A DNA stretch of 64,000 nucleotides, from contig OZ365110.1 of NCBI GenBank assembly GCA_977030845.1, positions 42,656,001 through 42,720,000 of the forward strand. Direction: 5' to 3'. This stretch comes from Fimbriosthenelais zetlandica. Taxonomy: Eukaryota. Under the pieces are notes generated by a model. It was not told where the DNA came from. It saw nothing but the letters and a program-made list of their open reading frames with translations, and made no database searches. Within the stretch, counting starts at the first letter, position 1. Every line of letters starts with the position of its first letter. Positions 49,501 through 60,826 of the stretch are shown here, in pieces. The position numbers were made by a program, and so were the translations under genes.

Positions 49501-50558
49501 AAGCTTCATGTTTCTTCTCACTCGTTATAAAACATAGATTTCTCACACCCTCTTCTCTACGGGATAATGGCACTTCAATTTATATTAAGAGCAGCCTTCG
49601 TTTACACTTCCATTTAGTTAACCCTATTTATTTTGTTATAACCTATCAGTAATTTTCACATTCCTTTCACGCTATGTAGTTATAAATTATGAGGTAATTT
49701 TTCCGAGGTGGTTCTTATATTAGGTACTTGATTTCGCCGAAACTATTGTCTGTTGTCTTGTAGACATAAATCAATTCAATGATTATTTAATACGAATAAG
49801 AAATACAAGTTTTGTCCAAGATTACCCAGTCAGAATGAATAGTATATTTCTAGTCTTTTCCACCGAAGGCCGCCTTTATACAAATAAATGCTAGCAAGGA
49901 GGGGTTGGGTGACCTTTGATTGGTCAGAGTTGATCAGCACAGAAAACGTCACTTCCTAGTGCGATTAAAAAACAACATGGCGTCCATCAAAGTTTATAGC
50001 AGATGTTTTCTTGATTTATCTCTTTGGATATTGTGATTATAATTATAGGCACCACATTTTAAGAGGGTATGCCTACAGTTCTGATGCCCCTAAAGCCCCA
50101 CTTATGAGTGTTAATATATCTATTTAAATAAGATTAATGTGATCACATTAATTAAGTTTTTCAATCATTAAGCAGATATTAACCTTATATGGAAACTATT
50201 TAAGGCACATTAAACTTTAACTGACGGTCTGTAGAGACTTGCTGGTATAGCGTTAGACTGTTTTGTACCAGACACGATCCCTCTGTCTCGCCCTGATGTT
50301 TCATGTAGGGTGTTTATTTTGTTGACAGTGGAGCCATGCCCATGCATGACTAGTACCGTTTCCCTTGACTATCTCACATGACCTCCGTTTTAATGCCCCT
50401 ATCTTAGTATTTGAGACGGGCGATGAATGTAATGCTATCTGTCCTATTATAGCGGTCTAGTCTCCCCGCTCCCATCTTGCATAATATCCAATGTAGACAA
50501 ATCGCTTACATGGAATCACAGACATCAGGCCTGGAGACAAGGGGTGGGGTTGGTGTTT

Positions 50559-50589
<31 letters not shown>

Positions 50590-50590
50590 G
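50559..50590 (+). repeat. (GT)7 followed by G18
   Basis: Direct reading. Confidence 0.9.
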
Positions 50591-51051
50591 TGATAATTGT
50601 AACAAAAACAGGAATTAGCACAAATGACTCGTTCGCGTAGCTGGTCCAGGCAAAACGCCAGTTAATTATGACCATATTAGATCTATACGTCGAAGCTCAG
50701 CAATATTGGATACTACTTAGGTATTCTTATATTGTCTGCCAGGCCTGACAATAGATTATATTGCAAGGGGAGGGAATGACCTTGGATTCTCAAGCCAAAT
50801 ATATCTTTTCTGCATAATATAAGGCTATATTGGTGCTGTTCACAATCCTTGGAATTCAGGGGCATTCCTCTTGAAATATTCCCTCATTGGTATGCAATAA
50901 AGCTGCTATTTGCGAAGTCCCTTACATTTTGGAAGTGCATTCTTCATCTAGTCTCAAATCCACTTGGTTTTACCAGCTATTTCATCGAGTTTGGCCTATA
51001 CCCAATGTATATTTTATTGGTGGACATTTACATTGGGAGTATTGTCATTAA

Positions 51052-51100
51052 ACACAAATTCAACCTAAGCTTTGCATTGGACACAAATTCAACCTTAGCT
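51052..51100. repeat. Short tandem duplication, 29 bp period
   Basis: acacaaattcaacctaagct (51052-51071) vs acacaaattcaaccttagct (51081-51100); 19/20 identical. Confidence 0.75.
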
Positions 51101-54100
51101 GATCCCAATATCTTTGCCTGTTGAATTGCCATTCCATTGTTGCCAATAGTTCTCATGATGGGCTTTCAATGCATTATACAATTATCAATGAGGGTCGCAT
51201 ACCCGGATGTCAAGGAAATCTGTCTGTGTCTTGACCTGATTGAACTTATCAGCTCTAGAACAAAGGCCATGATTAAATGGACAAGTTCATGGCCTCCTCG
51301 CCGCTCGAGGTGAGTTTTTCCAACCACCCTGTGCTGATTAAATTTGAGACATATATGCACTTAGCCACCATGATTCTCCCCAAGGTGTGGTCATATATAT
51401 ATACAGAGGCTACTAAAACTCTCCAGTGCTAACTAACTAACCACGCCACCAACAAGAAAGCGATCAATAAGGCATCGATTTCCCTCAAAGTGATTACTTT
51501 ACATATTTCAATGAGGCCACCTTCATGGTGGTCTCTCCGCCTCGTCTCTCATCTCTTGTTAAACCTATTGATTCATGCATTTTGAAACCAAGCTTAGTGA
51601 GCCCCATTCTACTGCCACTGCATGATGGTGGTGGTCGTCGTCCTGCTGATGGTCCCTTAATCAGGAGGGGGCGAATAGGGAGGATATTAAGAGAAAGATG
51701 GGAATTTGTTATCATTATCTGACCTTAGACTGCCTCAACGCCGCGACCCTAATCAAACAGATGGGAAAGGTAGCTTTAGGATATATTTATATCACTTACT
51801 TTGGATAATTTTCTTATCAATTATGTATAGATTGGGCCGATTCATTGTTGTTTATGGTAAGGGATTGTGAGATATACGAGGTATAATTATGTCTTATTCT
51901 AGCGGACTAAGTGAAGTAGTAAGTGCCTCAGACGTTAGAAAGTTCCAGAGAAGCCTCAGTAAAATGACACTTTATATATACTACTGGCCTCCTTACTGAG
52001 GACACCTGCGTTTGACTGCAGTTTTCTTATACTACTTGTAAAATGGACACCCTGCAAATTGCCCTTGCTTCCAGTCTAGGTTCAATTATCCTTCCCTTGA
52101 TATTTGATGGATGAATATATTATTCTAGCATCCAATTAGTGATTTCTCACTTACCTCAGGAGAAGGAAACCTGCTGTTGGCAGCCAATGTCTGCTCTTCT
52201 GGAACGACAACAATGGTTCTCTCACCAGATAGCCAGGGGAGACATAGCTGGCCTGATATCCCAGTTAGCAGCACTGATTTGTTAAAGATTTACCAATATC
52301 GGTGCACCTTTGACCCATGACTGGCCTGAGGAGATGCCACTTTTCGATGTTTTCATACATTGCCTGTTTTGGCCTTGGGAAGTTTTAACTCCAGCCCTCT
52401 CATCGACCTCACCAGTTCACCCTTTTATCCATTCCGAGTACACATCCTCCAGACGCAGGGAATAATATTTATGACTGCCTTACATCAAGACCATTGGAAA
52501 TTCAATGTTGACCAACGACTACATTGCCCTCTGCTAGATCTAAACTGAAGCCGGGTAAACAAAGACAAACATTGTTTTAGCCCTTTTCGTATCTCTTAAA
52601 GTACAAACCTAATTTCTCTCTAGGTTAGATGTGGGGCGGTGGGAGGTGCGATAAAAGCAGTCCTAATTATGCCACCTGTATGCATTATTTCACCCGGCTG
52701 TGGACTTGTAGCTTTTGGCAGTGTAGCTTCACGCCTGGCCACTGTTTTTACTTGAGCCAGCTGAACACACGAGATCGATCCAAAAGAAGACAAATGTCGT
52801 GTAGCCATTATGGAAAGCCATAAAATTTCTTGGAGCTTTGCTTTCGGCCACCGTATCATTTATACGGTCTCCTCTAAGGACAGGAAAATGTGTCTGAAAT
52901 CTGGAGATTTTCTGGCCATATTGTATAGAGGCACCGATGGGCGAATGGGTTTTTTTTGCCAAGCACCAGGCGGCCATAAATACAAGCTTTCCATTTAAGA
53001 ATAGATAGCACTGAGGTGGCAAGTGCGAGCCGGTCGGGTTTTATAAACATGGACACGTTAGCAAAGCTTAATTAAGGTGGAGACACAGACTTCTCTACAC
53101 GGGGAAATTTCCAAACGCCAGCTCCCCCTGGTAATGGAAATGCAAACATTGATTGTGCCAGACATTCGGGCCGATTCCTGTTTTATCGCACGCGCGCTGC
53201 TCAGATTTATGGTCATAGAAATTCTATATATTGACGCGGCCAAGAATTCCTGCCAAACTTTCCATGCTTTTAGAGAAAATAACGTCAAAACGTCATGATC
53301 TATCGACGCTGTCCCCGAGGTGTTTTGATGGCAGCGGCTCTATCTGATCCAAGGCTACATGTGAAAACACGCCAGCCTCCACCCACCAAGCACACCGCCC
53401 GATTCAAATGATTTAATTTGTCAATAAAGTTAGGCTTGCTAGCGGGCCGCCAAGGTCTGGGATTGGAGGTGTGGAGATGAGATGTCATATTTCATCCGAT
53501 CCCCCCCTATCCTGTCTGAATAACAGGCGCTAGATCCATGGCTGGTGTGCGTGTTAAAAACCCATTTCGCTGTCTGCTCCCTTTCAGTCGCCTCTCTCTG
53601 AAAGAACCTTTAGCCCTGCACGTCTCATTTTAAAACACCCACACGTGAAATGTTTGCATTTTTATTTATATTTGACACCCCAGGATCATGCACCTCCTAA
53701 ATCCACACCCCCTCCCATACATCCCTTCATTGACTTAAGGTCCTGGCCCTGCCAATATTATCATAAACGATGATCATTTTGGGATTTTTATGGATACAAA
53801 ATTACCTCCTCTGCTTGTTTTTCCTCTCTCTCTCTATCCATCTCTTCAGTGGTTGGATGTGAATGGAGCGCCATTAAAATGAAGCCTAATGGGCGAGGGT
53901 AATAGCTTTCAGGCCAGGCTTTTACAACTATAGAGAAGGTGTGAATCGGGTCATTATGGCTTAAATGTCGACGGCGGAAGCGCCGCAGTTACACCACACC
54001 AATTGAAACTAAAATGACGCTATTTCAGGGGAAGCATTAGTGGCTGACTTATTGAACTAGTTTAATTGTAGCGGAAGGCCCTGTCAACCACAATAGCTGT

Positions 54101-54489
54101 AACACATACTTTATTTTGTGAAATAGGACTATGAATCATTGACTCGCTCCTGCCACTTATCTCGCTGGAATAATGGCTTTGGAAGAATGAACACATCGGC
54201 AGGAGATTGTATCTGGCTATGAAATATTGGCTGACAACTGGGATGGTATTAGAAGGTGGATGTTGGGTGGGATGTTTGCACTTTGATATAGAAATACTGC
54301 AATTGTGCTGTGTAAATATTGTATGTTTTCCACTGTAATGTCGATTGGGTCCACCCACAAAATTGCAGTGCTATATCATGTACTTTTGGTCAATGATACA
54401 AAAACCCTTCTACACGATCCGGCTGCTGTACAGCGTGTTGCTACATAATGCCCAACCAGTATGATCAATCAGAAATCGCATACATTTTT

Positions 54490-54620
54490 ACATCTCATCA
54501 AGACATTGGTAAATATGTTGGGATATGGCATAAATTTGTACATTGCATCAAGATATTTATAGTTATTTTGGGGAATTGCATAAATCTGAACATTTCATAA
54601 AAATAGTCATATTTATGTAT
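54490..54620. repeat. Degenerate tandem repeat, exact 50 bp period, ~2.6 copies
   Basis: Units start at 54490, 54540 and 54590 (acatctcatcaaga / acattgcatcaaga / acatttcataaaaa). Copies 1 and 2 match at 37/50 positions without gaps by hand count. Confidence 0.7.
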
Positions 54621-57600
54621 ACAACACATTCGTAATATGCAAATTTAAAATTTCCATTTTAACACTTCCTCAATCGGCTTTGCCTTACTTTTTACTCTGA
54701 ATGCAATTCCTTTAACACATTAGTCCTATTCATTACATGAATCGGGATTTTTTCTTAAAAAAACAAACAGTGTCTACAAGGCAAAAGACACTTTTCTCGG
54801 GAACAATTCCCCCTCGGGCCTCATTCTTTGCTTTGCAATAGTACCCTTATAAAGAAGTGACTGTGGCGTTTCCCATACCGCAGCCTCCTCGCCTGGCATG
54901 GACTGAAACCAATTGGATCAGCACAAATTACTGCAAGCCTGACAGGAGACATCGCTGATTAAATTTAATTGAGAACTTGAAAGTATACTTCATTTACCCG
55001 CCCGCCAATCTATACTAAGGCGATCAGCGTTTGTTGTTAAGGACAGAGTGAATTGACGCGCCTCCCAAGCCACTGTGTTCATTTATTTTGTGCAGGGAGG
55101 TTTTTTTTACCAATTGAATGATCACCGCTTTTTGTCACGAATCCCTGTATAAATAATGTGTCTCAATGGGACAGACACAATGGGCTGGGGAATTGTGAGC
55201 ACCCTTTGTGCATGTGATTTATCATTTCACTATACCTCAATCTTGAAGGAGTACAAAATCACATTATGTGGAAATATTCAAGGCATAAAGGGTGTATGTG
55301 TTAAGTCAATGAAGCTGTGATGTAGTAATTACATTGAAGAGAAACCTCCGTGATGGAGTCTGCTTTAATGTAATCTGTGGTGCCAACAAAAAAAGACCAT
55401 TCCATATGGTGCTTGTCGGATCATCTAATTGCCATGCAATTAAACTTGTTTTTTTTCACCGCAGCATGGGACATGAATAATGAAGTAGATCGGATGAGTG
55501 AAGCACTCTTGGGACAGATGTATTCACAGTTTTTCCAAATAATGACATAATGGTGGAAAATTAGATATTGACTGACAAAAAGTGTATTGAATCTTTATAA
55601 TACAGATGATTTAATTGCTTCAATTATGCCTGACTGCATGGGACTTAGTCTTTCAATAGGGAAATCTAATTGAATGTGTATGACTGATAATGCAGTGAAA
55701 ATCAGGCAGTTTTGAAACATGCCCCTGCTGGCTATATATATACTCACCTTGTGAAAGGTGGCTGGGGAGTGGACATCAGCGGTTAAAAAACGCCACCGTT
55801 TCTCACAGTGTATATAGAAGCGCCTGGTCTGTGAGACTTGGCAGCGGAGTGTTGTGGCATTAAAGTGTGACTGTTAGAAGGCGTGAGATGTCTTAAGGGC
55901 CAGGCCCCTGTCAGGTAGAGCGTGATTAGTTGTTCTTTAAGCGAACTGCCCCTGGACCACCTCCCCACACGGCGAGGTGAAGACCAGATAGACAGGTCTG
56001 TTGAAACAAAAGCGGCCCCCAATCCCCTCCCCTGCTGCTTGCCATAATCGGTGGCAAGGACCTTGGAGAAACTTCGAATTAAGACCGTTACCCATGAGAT
56101 GGGCCGGCTGATTGATCTGGCGTGCATCGGGGAGGGCCCGAATTAAAGACGGCCACCGCTCTGAGACAGGCCAGCGCCAGCCACGGTGAATTTTAAATGA
56201 AAATAGACACTCGTTTATAGAGCATTGGACGGCATGTCCCGTCTGGCTGCGACTTTGGGTTAACGACCCAAGCTGAGGGGGGCCGTGAGCTAAAGAAACT
56301 GCTCAGAGGTGCTCCCCTCCTTTGGGACAGGCAGACTGTGATAGGCTGGAGGTGGGGTTGGGCTGAGAAATCAGCCTCCTCCCCCCACTGGGGACATGCC
56401 AATCTTAGTGGGAAGCCACATTGTTCTCCATTCAGCTGGCTTCAATAAAAAGCCAAGTTGGATGTTGACATAGGTCGGTCCAAAAAAGAGGGGAGAGGGG
56501 GAGCTCCGGCTTCGAACGTGTCATCTGAACCAGCTCATGTATTCTTTGTACTGTCCTCTTAAGATATAAAGCTTACAGATACCTTTTATTGTCATTTACT
56601 GATACTTAATGAAGCCAACATTCCGACTAAAACTTATAACTTTTAAGAATTTTCATTATATTTATTCATACTTCATACAAAGTTAATCCTCACTATGCCC
56701 ACTGAGCCGTTTTGAGGGGCAAGATTGAAATGCATACTTTTAGGCCTACACCTTTATTTGACAGCATTATTAAAACCGAGGCAAACATATGAAATCGATT
56801 GCAATTCTTATCATAGTTATTGCTTGATTTTTTAAATTGAATTTAATGTCGCATTTGAAGATAACGTCAGATCTAGATCGTTTATTATGTTAGTTTCCAT
56901 ATCAATGAATTTAATATTGAACTGCATTTGACTGATCTGCGAGAATGTTCTCGATTGAAAAAATGATTGACGTTGTGATAGTGGTCACATATGGTGCCTC
57001 TTTCTGTACAAGGTCTTGATAGCTTTATACGTCTATTACCGTGTAGACTTTGATCCAGTCCCACTCCCGTACTGAACCACCTTTCACCTATACTCAATGT
57101 TCATGACATTTTTCTACACCTAAGTAATAATAGTTTGATTACATTATTCTACAACTGAAGTTTCTGATACCTTTATAATATTGTGCGTTATATCTCAAGG
57201 ACAAGCAGTAAAACCTTCGATAAATTGACAACAAAATTGATATATTAGAAGAATATTAGTTGACAAAAGAAAATTGAAAATCGGTTGCGATAGGTCTTCT
57301 TCTTAATGAATTTTGTTTATAAGATAGGCAAGTGTATGTGTGTGGGTGCATTTTTATGTGGGTGCATTAGTCATGATGTAGAGTGTAATACGAGGCTATA
57401 GGTACGAGGGTCAGGATCCACAGTTAAATCTTCACTTGCCTTTGTAGTGCTTTTACTCGGCTTAATAGTGATTTCGCACAAGGTTACGACCCAAAGACAG
57501 CGCTAAAGCGTACACCGCCATTGGATCCTGTGACATTGAGAACACTCCAATAAAAACCAGTAAAGGATCCTTCAGATCAGAGAGATCCATTTGTATTTTG

Positions 57601-60600
57601 GGCCTATAGTGCCCTAGGGAGGGCCATCTCTGTGATCATCAAGTGGGTTTGGACATGGATCCTTCAACGTATTGACAGTGAACGCTTTGAAAGCGGCCTG
57701 CAAAAGTCAGGCGAGTCTTGGTCGTGGGAGTAATGAGGTGGCCAGGTAATGCGATCCTGATGAACCTGTGAACAAGACTGGAGCGGACAGTCGTTATCAC
57801 GAAATGCAACTGGCAAATGGATCTCCACTAAAACTTACAAGTGAAGAGGCCAAGTACGGACAGGGTACTTGGTGTGTGCATTGACTATAGCATAAAATCC
57901 CTGCTCCAAGTCAAAGCTGTTAGGCTCGACTAAATTATGAATACACCGCTGGCGCACTTAATGTGTGATCTGAAGACAACATATAATTCTACTCGTCCCC
58001 ATCCTCCCACCTTTTGATATTTCATTTTCCTCATCCAGTATCCTGTATATATATAAGGTCGAAGGTGGATGAATAAAACCTTCCACAATTTAGGAAGGAT
58101 GAAGGATTTATTTCTTAATCAGTTACGTGGAGTCTTTTTTTCCTTGATATGAGTTTGAGTAATCGAAGTAGGAAGTCACAAAAAAGGTCGGCAAGAGAAA
58201 TGTTCTCAAATATAAAAGATGTCAATGCCCATGAAAATGAACTGACCCCTTCTGACAGTTACTTCCCATATTTTGAAATTGAGCTGTGTTAATATTTTGC
58301 TTTGGACTGACATATCGTATTTGATGTGGGCAAATGATATTGTTTTTATTTCTTCCTGGATAATATTACATGTCCAGTAGCTCATGTCAAAATTAAAATC
58401 GATAGGCAAATGTAGAAAAAGATGTTTTTATACATTTCACCTGTCGAAGTATACTCATCGTGAAATTAGTAGATGAACAAAAGTACACAGTTGAAAAAAG
58501 AGGATTTTCCCCCTTTGCAGAATGTCTCTTACCTCCCCTAGTGGTTTTCTGCAGTGCACTTAATTCAAATATATTGCCATATATATAAGGAAATGGAGCC
58601 ACTAAGCTCGGATATTACTGCAAGTGAAAGGGGCTTGTTTTTCCTTCACCTAGCGAGCATACAAATGCTTTCTATTTGAAATGAAAATTCATACGGGCAG
58701 GATGCACGTTTTTGTGCTTGATTAAGTATTATGAATGTTCTTTGACAGCTCTCGGAAGTAGACAACATAATTTTTGTTTTATATCCTCGTCAGTGCCTGA
58801 GCCTCGGCAATAAGCTTCTGAAACAGACTTAATTGATAAATGCTTCACATTCAAAGAAGCTCATTTTGGGTGGCATCCGGACACTTTAGCCACCTGTAAG
58901 TGACAGCTTGTATTAACCTGGAAAAGTGTTTTATAGCGTCGACTGAAAAGTAGAGATCGACCGCTGCGAGAATGAGTGCACGTCCAAGAATTTATATCCT
59001 TCACTGCAATGCGGTGGGTTTTCAAATGATTGACGTGTGGAACTATTATTCTTAATTGCGGCCCTCTGATGATATATAACGGCACATTTTCACATCCTGC
59101 GACTTATTACAGGCCTCCCTCTAATAGGCCCTACCATCTGTTAGTATGTGTTTGTCTCGCGGAAAACATTGCTAAAATATTCAAAACATGAACGACAAGG
59201 TTTTCTACCATCTTTTCACTTGTCTGCGCCCAGCTGGTCCCTCCCATAAATAAATATAATTGGTGCAGATTGGAACATTGAAAGCGGAGGGGGATCTTGC
59301 TGTGATTTTCAATTAGATTCCACATGGGCCTTGGCAGCTCAGCCGCACCAACTGTTGCGGATTTCTGATTATAATTGACAGATGCTAATTGTTAATGACA
59401 CATTTGATGTTATGATATATGATGTAGGGGTGGCTGACTGGGAGAGATGCTATTATATACACCCATTGCTACACCGCCTTCTCCCAGCTCCCAACATTGA
59501 AGCCAAATCAGGGCAATATATTATTTGCAGCGCGGAGAAAAAATAATAAATGCCAGTCAGTAATTTGTCTCAAGGATAGCTAATGATGCATCTGAGCAAT
59601 TTAATGTCAGCCACTTAGCGAGTTGTGCCTCCACCCTGCAGGGAGTTTTGTCCACATCAAATCTCCTCCTATCATGTATAATTTTGAGACTTTTATCGCC
59701 TGTAGTGAGCGGAGAATCATTTGGAAGCTGTAAACAATGGGAAGCACTCACACCACTACCCATCCCCCATTAGCAACAGCATTGACACTTCAAAAGAGAG
59801 AAAGAGAGAGGAGGAGGAAGAGAGGAAAAAAAGCTCATATATTCTTGGCTTGAGCCTCTCCCAAAAGCTGAGGAAAGCCTATGAGAGGAAAGTTTTGTTT
59901 ATTTAGTGTCTCTCATCTGAGATGATCGACTTTGTGGGCTAACATTGGCGCAGCTTTGAAGAAGAGGACCAACATCTTTATTGTTGTAGTTGTCTCTTTG
60001 ATTTGCTTCGCCAGCTAAGAAAAAACATATATCCATCTCAACATGAAAGCCCCTTCTCTCTCTCCCACCCACTGTTGCTGGTGTCTTTTCTCAGCCATCT
60101 AGTCATTTGCAGCTTCAGTGGGCTGGACCCTCTAAGTGCCCCCTTCTCCTTCTGAGGGGTCATTTCCAACCCTCCCCTCGTGTCATGCCCCTAAATGACT
60201 GTCCTGCCCCCTTTGATATGTACAGCGAGGCGAACCATTGATTTGCAATTCCAAATTTGTTGTCATTGTCACCTGTCAAAATCCAAACATGATATGTCCA
60301 TTTGTTTGCCTTGGGCGCGCTCACGTGCTGGAGCTGGGGACAGGGAACATGGAGGTACTTGTAAATGACTAGCCCAGATGGCACCAGCCAAGGCGACAAG
60401 GACCTCACCACAATACTACAGGTCAGCCCCGGGGCCCGCCACTGTAACAGATGGAAGATTGCCTAAACAAGGAAAACTTACAAAATCATACTTACAACTA
60501 TAGAGCGAATCTCCTGTCATCCAAATCTACATCTGGTGTGATGCTGGGCAGGCATATATATATATGGGATTAGTGGAGTTGCTTCTATATAGACAGGATT

Positions 60601-60611
60601 TGTATATCTGA

Positions 60612-60826
60612 TGGCGTGTACACACCGAAGTGGTTTTCGTTATAAAACTCCTATAAAAAGTTTTATTTAAAATAGTTTATAAAGTGTCTCTAACATGTGG
60701 CAGGGACACGCCTAAGTGGTTTTTCGGTCGCACTGCGATTTTATTTGAACTTTTTATACACTTGTCATGGGCTTTTTATTAAAAAGTCACAGGGCGATCA
60801 AAAAACGCTTCAGTGTGTCCGAATCA
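60612..60826 (-). mobile_element. MITE copy 2, same family, inverted relative to copy 1
   Basis: TIR cores cacaccgaagtg and cgcttcagtgtg. Its reverse complement aligns with copy 1 throughout, e.g. ccctgtgactttttaataaaaagcccatgacaagtgtata vs ccctgtggctttttcataaaaagcctatgaaaagtatata, and aactttttataggagttttataa vs aactttttataagcgttttataa. Flanks tga/taa are a degraded TWA-type duplication. Ends are approximate. Confidence 0.75.

Noticed and set aside
57182-57227. CALYL..SKTFDKL, resembling the LINE RT DxSKAFD motif
   Set aside because: Needs a frameshift and has no downstream GVPQG motif, unlike the 19972-20226 fossil.
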